From Rebecca billardiae RCC1528 (lineage: Eukaryota > Protista > Haptophyta), in the NCBI GenBank assembly GCA_965240325.2, contig OZ251223.1, forward strand, positions 2,232,001 to 2,296,000: 64,000 nt of DNA, written 5' to 3'. Positions 10,999 to 23,816 of the stretch are shown here, in pieces. The notes beneath the pieces are model-generated. The model was not told where the DNA came from and ran no database searches. It saw only the letters and a list, made by a program, of their open reading frames with translations. A program made the position numbers and the translations under genes. Each line of letters starts with the position of its first letter. Positions within the stretch are counted from its first letter, which is position 1.

Positions 10999-12679
10999 TA
11001 TGGCCCGCGGTGCAGGGCGGAGCGCGCAGCGTGGAGCCCGCACCAGCGGGCCCGAACAACGTTTCAAAAAGATCTTTGATCAAGAAAAAAGGGACGGGGG
11101 ACGATTTTCATGGCTGGAGGAGACCGAGTTTCGAATTTTGAGACCCTGCCTCTCTAACATGCATCAAGGCCGAAAAAGGTCGCGCCCACGGCAAGTTCAT
11201 AGTAAAGCGTGGAGTGACGCCCGTCCAAAAAACTTCACGCCCTTTAGGATCCCTAACGTAACGAACCGTTACAAGCGATTTTTCCGGCCAATGAGATTGC
11301 AGCAAGGTCCAAGGAGCGATGACGTATCTAGATAGACTGATTGCCGCGAACCGATGTGACCATGTACGTCCCTTGAATCAGTTGAATCAACTATTCAATC
11401 GCGCCGTGTCTGTATCAGGAGCCGACCGGAGGCAAGGGTCAGTAGCCGATGGGCCAACCTCGGCGAATCTCAATACTATCTGACGCGAACGGACTTGGTT
11501 GGGCGCGCGCGTGGCCCCGGGCGGCGGCCCACCAGAGGCGGCCCGCGTTTGGAGGCGAGCCACGGGCACGAGGCTCACGAGCGACCGCCACGGGTGAGGA
11601 CGGCGATGGGCAGGTGCGCGCGGCGAATGGCGCCTGGAGCGCGCGGCTGCGGCGGGTCCCGACTGCCGTCGACATCGCGTTCGTCGTGCCCCCGCTCACT
11701 CCGCGCGCCCCCGCCGCCCCTGCCGCCCTGTCGATGCCTCGGCGCGGCCTTGCGCGGCCCCGGCGTGTCCGCGAGCCGGCGCCGCAGCCGCCGCCCTGTG
11801 TTCGGGCTCTCGCAAGCTCGGGGGCAGCGGCGCCTGATGCCGGACTGATCGATCTCTGAGCCTTCGACTTCACCACGCGCCGCCCTTGCCATGCCTTTCC
11901 GGGGTCTCCCAGAACTCTTCTTGATTGAGAGAGAGCAGGCGCGCCGACGATCCGAGTCCATCGTCGGTCGACTCTGAGCGAGGGCTACGCCTCGGAACTG
12001 AACGGTACTCTACGAGGAGGACGAGCTGCGCGGGCGACGGTGGTGCGTGACGTCCCCAGAGCTGGCCGTGCCTCTGCAACGCGTGCCGAGCCTGATCGAG
12101 GTGTGTCAGCTGCCCGTGCACGCGCGGAGAGTGCGCGAACCGGATCACCGGTGCCCTCGCACCTCGGCACCGTGCTCCCTCGGGCTGTCAGCTCCGCGTG
12201 GCCTGGCGTGCACGTAGAGTTGCGCTCATGCGTCGATCACGCCTCGCGCCCGCCTGTCGGCCGTCGCGCAGGCGCTGGTCGAACCCTACTCGGACCCTAC
12301 TCCTCCAGCCCTACTCCCGGGCGCTGCCGGCGCGGGGGGTGACCCCGGGGACAGCGGTCAGCAGCAGCGGCCCGAACGAATCCGCGGCCCCGCACCGTGC
12401 TCCCTGGCTGTCAGCTCCGCGTGGCCTGGTGTGCACGTGGAGTCGCGCTCATGCGTCGATCACGCCTCGTCGCATCCGCCTGTACACAATCGGCGCCGCG
12501 CCGGCGGCTGCAATGGGCCCGCCCGGCGCGGCGGGCGGCGGCGCGCCGCTGATGGAGTCTAGTTGTACGGGCATATGCAACTGGTCTGTCAATAGACGAC
12601 TGCGACGGAGGGTGCACCGCCACCGCGGGCCCTGAACTACGTTCGTTCTACGGAAAAAGGACCGCGGAACGCGGTCATT
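10999..12679 (+). mobile_element. Helentron/Helitron2-like non-autonomous element, copy A
   Basis: 5' GGCCCGCGGTG (11002) is inverted to subterminal CACCGCGGGCC (12621-31), followed by hairpin GACCGCG-GAA-CGCGGTC (12660-76) and ATT. Both ends are homologous to 29725-31020. Confidence 0.7.
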
Positions 12680-14199
12680 CTATTGCTCGATAGTGATGAT
12701 GATCACTTTTTAGCTAACTATCATAGTATCTGTCGGAAGTTCTGTCGGAAGACCATGGGTACACGACCGCGTGTAGTTTGTATCAGTTATGATCCAGGGG
12801 GCTGGCCAGGGTAGGGCTGGAGGCTTCGGCACTAATCGGCCGCCAGCCTGATCACCCGGAGCCCGTTATAAAGGGGAATTTTAAAAAGATGCACGACTGT
12901 TATAGTTATACCATCGGCGACGGCTTCATGGGCGGTGACAGTTGGCGGGCGTCAATCTCGCCTGCCTGAGCTGTGTGCGTCTCTTATTCTTAGTAAACTG
13001 TTGATGATCGCAATGCTTCTCAAGTGACCTTTTTTTCTCGGCGCCAAAAAAAGTTTCCTTCGCGCGAAAAAAGTTTTCCTTCGCGCCAAAAAGTTTTTTC
13101 TTTCGCCGCTGCCGCGGTGGGGCCCAGCAACCGGTCCAGACCTCAGGATTTGGGAAACTCGGAAATTCAAAACCCGCCGCGTGCGCCGCGTGCGCCGCCA
13201 CAGCCATCCGCCGCGAGGCGCCGCCGGCTGCCGCGCCGCCGTGGTCGTAGACGTGCACGCGGCGATGGCGCACGCCGTCGGGCAGAGGCATAGAGCCTTT
13301 CTGCGCCGCCCTGCGCCGGGCGACTCGCGACTGCCCATCTTCTCCGCGCCTTGAGCCCGCACGGACGTGTGCGCCGCCTCTCACTTCAGCCGTGCTGTCA
13401 TCCCCGCAAAGTATGCGCGCGCTGAGAGCAACCCGAGGCGCGCATCCCAGGAAGGTGTGAGCCATGTTACAGTACAGTCGTAGGCGCGCGCCATGGTGCC
13501 CAGCGGCTTCCCGCGCGTGCGTGCCTCTCTGATGCCTCGGCAGGCAAGGCGCCCATGTCTCTGGCTGAATGCGGCGGCGGCGCAAGCTCGTGCTCGCGCG
13601 GGCCTCAAGCTGACCTTCGAGGTGCGAGGGCGCGAAGCGCTGCGCCACGCGCAAGCTACAGTAGTTCACCGCCTCGCTACCGCCCCGCTGCGTCCCATCG
13701 GAAGCTCTACTGGACATCGCGCGGCCTCGCCCTGGCGGCGGTAGGCGCGAGCGAGGTGGCGGCGGCGGCGGCGTTCAGCTGAGTCCGGGAGCGCGGCGCA
13801 CAGATTTCCACCCGGAAACTCTCCTGAGGAGAGTTTTGGGTTTGGGCTGGCAAATCCCGAGGTCTGGACCTGGCTGATTGAGACCCAGCCGTTTCATCTC
13901 CGCGACGTCGATTTTCTGGCGACGCCGCGGAGCGGCTGGCACTTTCCAGTAGCGGCGGCTCAGAGGCCGCCATCGTGCCGATGGCGAAGCGGCGCACGAA
14001 GCGGAACCTCGTCGAGCGAAGCCCCTCGCACGGAGGCGCGGGGGGCGCCAATGACGGCGCGCGCGCCGCCGCCGCGAATCGGAGCGGTCCGGATGGGTCT
14101 GGGCCGGCTGTCTCGCCTGGTGCGCGCCGCGTGCGCGCCGCGCTCACCGCACGCGCGCTGCTTGTTTGCACCCGGGTGGTTTTGGGCGCGACGGGCACA

Positions 14200-14730
14200 T
14201 GTCGGGCAACAACAGCCGTATGACACACTTGGACACACTTTGACGCGTTGGGGGGGCTGGTGGGGGTCATGCTTGACACGGCCCATGTGGCACCTTTTTG
14301 GTTCTCTTTGGTTCTCGGCCGCAATCCGTCATCGCACTCACGCCGTGCGCATCTGGCCGCTCCCGTTGCGCCCCGCCGTCCGCGCACGCCAGGCGAGCTG
14401 GTGAGTGTCCTCAGCAGTTCAACGTGCACCAGTCCCATCTACTAGAATGGGCCGGGTGGAGCCCTCATGGCAGCCTTTTCGCCAGATGAGTAGCATGCGC
14501 GCAGCGTTCACCGCGCAAGCATTGCGTTCGTTGCCACCCGGGATGGCTTGGCGGTTGCGACGGGCACATCGGTCGGGCGACAACAGCCGTATGACACACT
14601 TGGACACACTTTGACGCGCTGGGAGGGCTGGTGGGGGTCATGCTTGACACGGCCCATGTGAAACCGGCTTGGTTTTGTTTGGTTCTCGGCCGCAATCTGT
14701 CGTCTCACTCATGCGGTGCACATCTGGCCA
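14200..14730 (+). repeat. ~160-bp diverged direct repeat (two copies, ~14200-14360 and ~14570-14730)
   Basis: Shared CAACAGCCGTATGACACACTTGGACACACTTTGACGCG...GGTTCTCGGCCGCAATC. Confidence 0.9.
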
Positions 14731-16601
14731 GTCAAGTCGGTTGAGGTGCCCCCATCTCGGCGTGCGGAGGGCAAGTCGATGAGCAGCATTCAGCAGGTGG
14801 TGGCGCGCCTCCCCCGCACGCCGGCATAGTAACCCCAGCCGCGCTACCCGCCGTTGACAAGCACCCTCGCCACGAGGACTTAAACGACGACGGACGAGGA
14901 CGATACCGATTACTGGCGCGCGCGCAAAGATGAGTTGGACGCTGTGACTGTGAGTGTGACAACAACAGAAGCTACTGTAACTTGCTCAGCTCGATGCCAC
15001 CGTCCCGGGCGTCGTCACGTCGGCCTAGGAAGTGACATCTCGGCCGCCGTCCCTGCGTTGGGCCTGCTGCAAGAGCCAGCGAACAGGTAGCTTAGCTGCG
15101 AGTGCCGCCGCCGCGAGGCGGTGCCTTTCTTGCGCTCTCCGCGCGACAGTCGGAGACCATCAGCTTGGATGGGCCGGGCGAAGCCTCGTGCTCGGCGCTT
15201 ACGCCGCTTACGCCGCATGGGTGCCATACTCACCGTGCTCACACGGCACGGCTTGGTTATGCGTCGACACTGGTCAGTCTGAAGAGTGACGCCGGGACAG
15301 TGCCCCTATAACTGCAGTGCCACTCGCAGCTGCGCGTGCTGCGGGTGCTACTGTCAGCTGAACGCGGCCTCGTGACACAGCAGGACGCACTCTGAGACTC
15401 TGAAGCATGGGAGTAGGCGAAGCTGCCAAAGCTCCACCTATCTGCTTCTGCCATGAACACGAGGAGCAGCCTGTGCAGCTTGGGCTCTCGACGTTCGACG
15501 TGCAACATCATGAGCATCATTGCAGCAAGTGCCTCACTGGCGCGGACGGGACTCACGACGATCGCGCGTTTGCACGGCCTTCGCATGGCAGCCTGACGCG
15601 ACAACGTGCTGGCTATCTACTGAGCCTACTGGAGCCGTGATCGCTCGGCTCGCCGGCGCGCGTGTGTCCACAGGAGTGCTCAAGCCGGCGCAGCGGGCCG
15701 TGGTGCCGTGAGACTGAGGGTACATGATGCGGCGTGAGCTGGCGTGAGGCTGTCAACATGGGTGGCATCAGCACAGGTGACAGCGCAGACAGGGACGGAA
15801 CGCGTTACAGTGCGGACGGCGGAGGCGTAGGCGCTCGCGGGGGCGGCGACAGCGCGAGGGCAGGAGCGGGGACGGCGCAGCAGGGCCGAGGCGCCATGCT
15901 GGCTCCGGTGCGGCGGGCTTGAAACGGCCGGCCGCTTTTACTGGAAAGCGCCCGCCGCTCCGCGCCAGCGCGGAGCTCGTCAGACAGGGGCGTTGCGCCA
16001 GCTGGACAAACGCCCTCCGGTCTTTTCAGATCTGCGCTTTTCAAAACGAAATGTTCCGCGCTCTGTTTAGGGCGAAGCGCGGTGGATGGCGGCTCGCCGC
16101 CGCATGGGCGGGCGAGTCGCCGCTGCCCGCAGAAAACGTGCGTCGGAGGCAAGGAAGCAGGCAGATGGCGCGTCGCGCGCGTCGTAGAATTCGGCCGTGA
16201 CGCTCGCCAGCCTCAGCGCGCGCGGCGAAGCCAAGTCCATGGGCGCACTGCGTGCAGGCGGCACGGCCACGCCGCTCGGCCGCGCGACCGGCCTCGCAAG
16301 CGTCCTTGCGGCGCGAAAGGGCATCCCAGCTGCGGTCATTCGACTTGTGCGTCGGGAGACGTGTGCCATCTAGCCAACGCGCACGCGCCGCGAGCTGCAC
16401 GGCGTGCGCACACGTCGCCCGCCGCACCGGTCAGGCGTGCGCCGCAAGCGGCACAGCGGGAGAGGGCCCCGATCCGAGTGCAGGTCTCGCCGGGGCCCTC
16501 CACAAGTCCAAGGATCCTGGACGGTGGGTCCCTTCGCGTTTGTCCAGCTGGCGCAACGCTCTGAAGGCGGGGTCTCAACCCGCCAGGGTCTGGACCGGTT
16601 G

Positions 16602-19171
16602 GAGACCCCTTCAGGGAAATCGGCCTTGGCCCGGATGAAAGCTGCACTGGTGGCCCGGATGCCATCCGGGCCAAGCGCGGCTTGGCCCGGATGGCGAGAT
16701 ACATACGGGATGCCGCTCAGATCATATGCCGTGCGCGCGTGCGCGCGGCCTCGCGCCCGCGCACGGCCGGGCACGGGCGCCGCGGGCCGGCGTTAGCGGT
16801 CGCGCACCGGCGTTTGGGTGCGTGGTACCCGTCCCCGCCCTCTGAGCGTGCCCGCACGCCCTCCTCCGCCGCCGCGCAGCGCGCTTGTGCCTGCGGCCTC
16901 GCGGCCCGCGTGGGCGCGCCGAAAGCACGGGCGCGCACCGAGCCGCTTGTGGCGCATCAGGCCCGGCGCGTGGGCGCATGGCATGGGCATTGGTGAGCAT
17001 ACGCCTTCGGGCTTTCGCGATGCCGGCTGTGCTGAGCCTCCCGACCACGAGCAGCGCGCGTGGCGCAGCCGAGGCCAGGCAGCGGCTGGGCTGACGGCTC
17101 GGGCGCTCGGCGCCGCCAAGCGACACATCCGCGGTCAGGACGAGGCGGCACGCGGCGTATGTGCCAGCTGTAGACTGCATACCATGCGTCAAGCCGCGTG
17201 CGGAGTGTCAGAGCGACGATCGTAGCCGTCACGATCGCGCCGCGCGTGGGGATTGCACATCGGCCGTGTTCGAGCCCACTCCGGCCGCAGGCGTCGAGCT
17301 GGGAAAGCCGTGTAGTGCTGCGCGCCGGCGCGCACGCGCGCGAGTCAGGGCGTGCGCGCGGCCTCGCCCGCGCCTCGGCCATTCCATTGGGCGTGCTGCA
17401 CTGTAATATGGTGCCAGCGGCGCGGCCTGATGTCAGCTGTCGCCTTGTTGCAGGACACCTCCAGCCGCCCAGCCTGGTGCGCTCAGCGCCGTTGTGGCAC
17501 TGTGGTGTGTGTTCCGCTGACAGCGCGAGGCAATGTTTGACAGCATGTCGTCTGCGCACATGTGCCTACCATGTGTGGTAGGCCTTGTAGATGCTCAACC
17601 TGTGACTACTCGTTGCTTGTACCAGGGCCGCGGCGTGATCAGTGCGCAGAGTCAGCACTCTGACTCAAGCACGTCACTGCTGTCAGTGGTGTGCCAGCAG
17701 CGCCCAGGCTGCCGGTGCTTGAGACGGCGATGCATCAACGCCGCTGAAGACATTGCACGCTCGGAGTAGACCATGATCCCGCAAGTCGGTACGGCATAAG
17801 ACAACGCGTCCGATGAAGTCACATGCCCTACCACAAATCGCTGCAGCGAGGATACCCCTAACCCGTGTCGCATCAGACGAGTTGTCTGCCCTGGCACTCG
17901 GAATTGCTGAGGCGCGCGCGGGCCGAGCAAGCTATCAGGTCGCCACTCAGCTGCGATGAGTTGCCAGTTGATGCCATCACTACAGCTCAGCCGAGCGGCC
18001 AAGTCTGAGAGCGCGTCTCAACAGCGGCAAAAGCTGCATCATAGTAGAACTGTGACCGCTGTGCTGGCATCATCGTGAGCTCGTGGGCAACAGGCGTCAC
18101 AGCACATCGTCCACGGCGCAGCTGACAGCGCTGAGCGCATGCTCGCGCGTGCGTAGATCGAAGGCTGCCGCGCTCTAGAAGGCGTGGCCCAGCTGCTGCT
18201 CGGAGCAGTCCGCCTGATATATAGATCAAGCCCGGGGACGATGTGTAGTGCAGCGGGCGCATCATCGACGCTACTGTCTTCGACTGAGAGCGTGACTGAA
18301 TGAGCACTGTCACCATGTGCCGAGCCCACGATGAGATAGGCAGCGCCCACTCACCACACCGGTACAACATTGGTGCAAGCACGCCCGATGGAATGGCCGA
18401 GGCGCGGGCGAGGCCGCGCGCACGCCCTGACTCGCGCGCGTGCGCGCCGGCGCGCAGCACTACACGGCTTTCCCAGCTCGACGCCTGCGGCCGGAGTGGG
18501 CTCGAACACGGCCGATGTGCAATCCCCACGCGCGGCGCGATCGTGAGGGCTAAGATGGTCGTTCTGACACTCATCACGCGGCTTGGCGCATGGCACGTAG
18601 TCTACAGCTGCCGCATACGCTGCGTGCCGCCTCGTCCTGAACGCCGATGTGTTGCTTGGCGGCGCCGAGCGTCCGAGCGGTCAGCCCGGCCACTGCCTGG
18701 GCTCGGCTGCGCAACGCGCGGTGCTCGTGGTCGGGAGGCTCCGCACAGCCGGCATCGCGAAAGCCCGAAGGCGTATGCTCACCAATGCCCATGCCATGCG
18801 CCCACGCGCCGGGCCTGATGCGCCACAAGCGGCTCGGTGCGCGCCCGTGCTTTCGGCACGCCCACGCGGGCCGCGAGGCCGCAGGCACAAGCGCGCTGCG
18901 CGGCGGCGGAGGAGGGCGTGCGGGCACGCTCCGAGGGCGGGGACGGGTACCACGCACCCAAACACCGGTGCGCGACCGCTAACGCCGGCCCGCGGCGCCC
19001 GTGCCCGGCCGTGCGCGGGCGCGAGGCCGCGCGCACGCGCGCACGGCATATGATCTGAGCGGCATCCCGTATGTATCTCGCCATCCGGGCCAAGCCGCGC
19101 TTGGCCCGGATGGCATCCGGGCCACCAGTGCAGCTTTCATCCGGGCCAAGGCCGATTTCTGAAGGGGTCTC
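16602..19171. mobile_element. Long-TIR module (~800-bp arms, ~970-bp spacer) flanked by GGTTG direct repeats
   Basis: 16602-17401 is inverted to 18373-19171. Ends are GAGACCCC / GGGGTCTC, with subterminal GGCCCGGATG repeats. GGTTG at 16597-601 and 19172-76. Confidence 0.85.
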
Positions 19172-19177
19172 GGTTGG

Positions 19178-20230
19178 CGTGCCGCCGCTGTTGCGAGCGC
19201 GCGGCGGGCAGGCGGCGGCGCGGCGGCCCGGCTTGCGCACCCGCGGTGCGGCGGCTTGTGAGGGCGTGCTCCGCTGGGCGGGGCGCGCGCCGGATGTGCC
19301 CGCGGAGCCGGCGCTTGCGGACGGGCTGTTGCGGCAGAGCTTTGGGCGCCCTCCTGCGCCGCGCGTCTTGCGCCACGCCTCTCTCGCCTCGCCTCAGGGC
19401 AGCGCGCATGCGCGCGCCGCCTCGAGGCCAGCGCTGCCCGCGCCGCACGGCCGACCGCGCGCGCGCCGTGCGCGGCGTGGTCGGGAAGGAACGGGCGCTG
19501 CGTGCCGGGCGAGTTGGCGACACCACAGGCGCACGCCATGCCGCCACGCGACGCCGCAAAAAGGCACGAAAGTTGATCTGCAGAAGCTGTTGACGAGTGC
19601 TGATTACTTGTCGTGCCAAGCCAGACCTGAGCTTGAGGAAGATGATGAAAGAGCATCAGCGCCAGAAAAGCGTCGCATTCCGCACTTCTACACGCCCCTA
19701 CAGGGATGAGCATCCATGCGCAAGAGTAGCCCGCGCGCCCGTCTGGCACTGATCTGTGTCTCTGTGATCGTTCAGACAAGGGTCACAGCATGGCTGTGCA
19801 CACCATCTGTGCGCGAAGTCGAAAGAGGCATGCAACGGGCCGACGACACGCTCGTCAAGGCGTCGCGTGGCGGCATGGCGTGCGCCTGTGGTGTCGCCAA
19901 CTCGCCCGGCACGCAGCGCCCGTTCCTTCCCGACCACGCCGCGCACGGCGCGCGCGCGGTCGGCCGTGCGGCGCGGGCAGCGCTGGCCTCGAGGCGGCGC
20001 GCGCATGCGCGCTGCCCTGAGGCGAGGCGAGAGAGGCGTGGCGCAAGACGCGCGGCGCAGGAGGGCGCCCAAAGCTCTGCCGCAACAGCCCGTCCGCAAG
20101 CGCCGGCTCCGCGGGCACATCCGGCGCGCGCCCCGCCCAGCGGAGCACGCCCTCACAAGCCGCCGCACCGCGGGTGCGCAAGCCGGGCCGCCGCGCCGCC
20201 GCCTGCCCGCCGCTCGCAAGCGGCGGCACG
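19178..20230. repeat. Palindromic module (~370-bp arms, ~300-bp spacer)
   Basis: CGTGCCGCCGC...GCGGCGGCACG ends. The ORF track shows identical peptides on opposite strands. Confidence 0.85.
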
Positions 20231-20237
20231 GCTGGGC

Positions 20238-21344
20238 CAAGGGAGTCAAGGGTGCCCGCGCCCCAGTGGCGCGCTCGCCGGTGTGAGGATACACCTTTTT
20301 GCCCGCGGCCTGCGGCGGGCGGCGGCGAGGGCGTGCTCCGCTGGCGGGGCGAGCGCACGGGGCACGGCGCTGCGGGCGCGGATGTGCCCGCGAAGCCGGC
20401 GCGTGCAGACGGGCTGTTGCGGGAGAGTATTCGGCGCCCTCCTGCGCCGCGCGACTTGCGCCACGCCTCTTTCGCCTCGGCTCAGAGCAGCGCGCACGCA
20501 CGCGCCGCCTCAAGGCCAGCCTTGCCGCGCCGCAGCCGGCCGCGCGCGCGCCGTGCGCGGCGCGGTCGGGAAGGAACGGGCGCTGCTGCCGGGCGAGATG
20601 GCAAACGCATGTGCGCACGCCATGCCGCCCCGCGGCGCCGCGAAAGAGCACGAGAACGGATCCGCACAGCTGTTGACGAGTGCTGATCACTTGTCGTGCA
20701 CGAAGCCAGACCTGAGCTCGCAGAAGATGATGAAAGAGCATCAGCGCGAGGAAAGCGTCGCACCCAGCACTTCTACATGAACACGCGGTGATGAACATGC
20801 ATGTAAGAGTAGCCCGCGTGCCCGTCTGGCACTATTCTGTGTCTCAATGATCGTCCCAACAAGGGTCACGACCGCGCAGCCGTGCACACCATTTGTGACA
20901 AGTCGAAGAGGCATGCAAACAGACCGACGACACGCTCATCAAGGCGCCGCGGGGCGGCATGGCGTGCGCACATGCGTTTGCCATCTCGCCCGGCAGCAGC
21001 GCCCGTTCCTTCCCGACCGCGCCGCGCACGGCGCGCGCGCGGCCGGCTGCGGCGCGGCAAGGCTGGCCTTGAGGCGGCGCGTGCGTGCGCGCTGCTCTGA
21101 GCCGAGGCGAAAGAGGCGTGGCGCAAGGCGCGCGGCGCAGGAGGGCGCCGAATACTCTCCCGCAACAGCCCGTCTGCACGCGCCGGCTTCGCGGGCACAT
21201 CCGCGCCCGCAGCGCCGTGCCCCGTGCGCTCGCCCCGCCAGCGGAGCACGCCCTCGCCGCCGCCCGCCGCAGGCCGCGGGCAAAAAGGTGTATCCTCACA
21301 CCGGCGAGCGCGCCACTGGGGCGCGGGCACCCTTGACTCCCTTG
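20238..21344. repeat. Palindromic module (~400-bp arms) with CAAGGG termini, paralogous to the preceding module
   Basis: CAAGGGAGTCAAGGG...CCCTTGACTCCCTTG, with GCTGGGC on both flanks. The spacer is similar to 19550-19860. Confidence 0.85.
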
Positions 21345-22009
21345 GCTGGGCAGCCCCACCGCGGGCGGCAGCGGCGAAAGAAAAAACTTTTTGGCGCGAA
21401 GAAAACTTTTTTTCGCGCGAAGGAAACTTTTTTGGCGCGAAGGAAAACTTTTTTCGCGCGAAGGAAAACTTTTTTCGCGCGGAAGAAAACTTTTTTTGGC
21501 GCCGAGAAAAAAAGGTCACTTGAGAAGCATTGCGGATACTTCTTATTATAATATATGATAATGAAGAAACCTGAAAGTGAAATCTCCCAAATCTCGGCTC
21601 ATGATGAGTCGTCATCAGGCCGCAATATAACGATTTAACGACACAGGCTTTACGCCCAAGTCTCCTGATTCGTCGATGACTGATTCTAGGATGGATTCTG
21701 GCAGACTCTCTTGCCGCGCGCGCCTGATGACCGCGTATTTGCACATACAGGCAGCAGTCTCGGACTACGGGGTGACTAAGTTTTAGATAACACCGGCCCC
21801 TTGATATGGAGCGCGCGACAATGTTATAAGTTATTGCATACACTTACTGTATTGGCATGCATTTTCAAATTCCGACCGAATAGAAGATGGGTAACAGGCG
21901 CCGGCGCGCCGGCGCCCGGCGCCCGGCGCCCCCTAGAAATTTGCTGACGCACGACTCGCACGAGTGCCGAGAACCCTTGCCCCCCCACGGACACGCGCAC
22001 GACGCTGCC

Positions 22010-23500
22010 ATGTTCGCGCTGGCGGTGGCAACCGCGCTGTTCGCGCACGGCCAGGTCTCGACCGTGATCCCGGTGTCGTCCGCTCATATCTACCGCTACG
22101 ACCACTACCCCAACGTGTGCGACATGAACAGTCTGCAGGGGCTGGACATCTTCCCGGGCGGCTTTGGGACGTGCGCTACTTTCGGCGGGCAGTATTTCCT
22201 GTTCGGCGGCTGCCCGGCGGCTACCCCGGCGGTGTCTCTTTATGGCGATTCGGCGTGCGCGACCCTTGTCGGAGGGCCATTCCCACTCCTCGAGGACCAG
22301 TGCGTGACGACCTCGCAGGCAAACCCGGCGACCCCGCTCAAGCAGCAGTGGCACTGCGGAGACGACGTGGCGGCGAACGGCCTTGTGGACCCGCACTCGA
22401 GCTCCGGCGCGTTCACGTTCGACGCGGCGCTCGTCTACTACGCGACGTCCGACTGCTCGGGCACGCCCAACCGGTACCGCCTCGCCATCGCCGATCGCTG
22501 CGTGAGCGTGCCGGACGAGCTCAACCCGAGCACCGGTACTTCGTGGAGGATCGGCACGGGTGGCACGCACGAGAGCTGGGGCAGTGTGGACTGCACCGGT
22601 GATACGGTCGCTTCGACGTCCTACACCAACGAGCAGTGCGTCAACGACTTGGACGGGTCGTACAAGGTCTACCTGCCCTGGGCATGCCCCGCCGGCTGCG
22701 TTCTCGAGGCTGGCCCGCCACAGGCATTCCGCCGCGAGCGGCAGCAGCGGCGGCTGCTCTTCGGCCACTTTGGCCAGGTGGAGCCGCTCACGCCGTCGCC
22801 GCCGCCGCCGCCGCCGCCGCCGGTGGTCGTCTCGATGTCCTTCGGCGGCGATGTCTCCGAGTGGACCGAGGAGAAATCGGAGTCGCTCGTCTCGTTCGTC
22901 GCGCAGCAGCTCAGCACGGCGTGCGGCTGCGACTTTGACGAGTCGCGCATTCGCGTCGTGTCGGTGAGCGCCGGCTCCATCGCTGTCGTCGTCGAGATCA
23001 CCACCCCTCCGGCAAGTGACCCCGGCGCTGGCGGCGGCGCCGGTGGCGGAGGCTCGGCGGACGTGCCTGACACCTTGCTCGACCCGCAAGCCATCGCAGA
23101 CGTGATTGCCGAGACGGACACGGAAGAGCTCGAGGCGAGCGTGGGCCTGCCGGTCGAGTCGCTCGACGTCGCGATCCCGTCGCCGACGCCGACGCCGGTC
23201 GGGACGCCCACGCCCACGCCGGTGCCCACGCCCGCGCCCACGCCGGTGCCCACGCCCGCGCCCACGCCGGTGCCTTCGCCCACGCCCACGCCGGTGCCTT
23301 CGCCCACGCCCACGCCGGTGCCGTCGCCCACGCCCACGCCGGTGCCGTCGCCCACGCCCACGCCGGTGCCGTCGCCCACGCCCACGCCGGTGCCGTCGCC
23401 CACGCCCACGCCGGTGCCGTCGCCGACGCCCACGCCCACGCCGGTGCCATCGCCCACGCCCACGCCGGGCGCGTGCCCAGTCGGCTGCCTGCCGAACTGA
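22010..23500 (+). CDS. Secreted Cys-containing protein with C-terminal Pro/Thr (PTPTPVPS)n repeat
   Basis: Signal peptide [14 protein letters not shown], Cys-rich extracellular region, poly-Pro, and a PT repeat tail. Confidence 0.8.
   Translation: MFALAVATALFAHGQVSTVIPVSSAHIYRYDHYPNVCDMNSLQGLDIFPGGFGTCATFGGQYFLFGGCPAATPAVSLYGDSACATLVGGPFPLLEDQCVTTSQANPATPLKQQWHCGDDVAANGLVDPHSSSGAFTFDAALVYYATSDCSGTPNRYRLAIADRCVSVPDELNPSTGTSWRIGTGGTHESWGSVDCTGDTVASTSYTNEQCVNDLDGSYKVYLPWACPAGCVLEAGPPQAFRRERQQRRLLFGHFGQVEPLTPSPPPPPPPPVVVSMSFGGDVSEWTEEKSESLVSFVAQQLSTACGCDFDESRIRVVSVSAGSIAVVVEITTPPASDPGAGGGAGGGGSADVPDTLLDPQAIADVIAETDTEELEASVGLPVESLDVAIPSPTPTPVGTPTPTPVPTPAPTPVPTPAPTPVPSPTPTPVPSPTPTPVPSPTPTPVPSPTPTPVPSPTPTPVPSPTPTPVPSPTPTPTPVPSPTPTPGACPVGCLPN
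23178..23466 (+). repeat. 24-bp coding minisatellite (PSPTPTPV units)
   Basis: Tandem CCGTCGCCCACGCCCACGCCGGTG units. Confidence 0.95.
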
Positions 23501-23816
23501 GGACGGGGGCCGGGCTGCGGTACAAGACCTGTACGGTGGACGGATGGACGGCGCGCGTCACTTCACTGACTGAGTCACTCGACGCCGCGTCGATCGCGCG
23601 CGCCCGTGTGCGCGCTCCGCTCACCGCTTCCAGTGACAGCAGCAGTGTTTGGCAGTGGTTCTGACATGACGGCGATGACGGCAATGTGCGAGTGAGACAT
23701 CGGCAGAATCAGCTGCTCCGTCGCTCCGCGGCCGGCTCACTGGCGACCGCTCAATACTCTGCTTACCGAGTTTATAATTTGCTTTTTAAAAATGTAGCGA
23801 ATAAATTAAATTATTA

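Larger units (their letters stand above)
13009..21534. mobile_element. 8.5-kb foldback-like element with modular TIRs and 3-bp TSD (GAT), filled with palindromic modules
   Basis: TIR CGCAATGCTTCTCAAGTGACC... at 13009-13128 and inverted at 21345-21534, with a variable number of ~21-bp AAAACTTTTTTCGCGCGAAG units. GAT at 13006-08 and 21535-37. Confidence 0.85.

Noticed and set aside
21380-21510. ~21-bp repeats as a CRISPR array
   Set aside because: Tandem units with no unique spacers; they are part of a TIR, and no cas genes are present.
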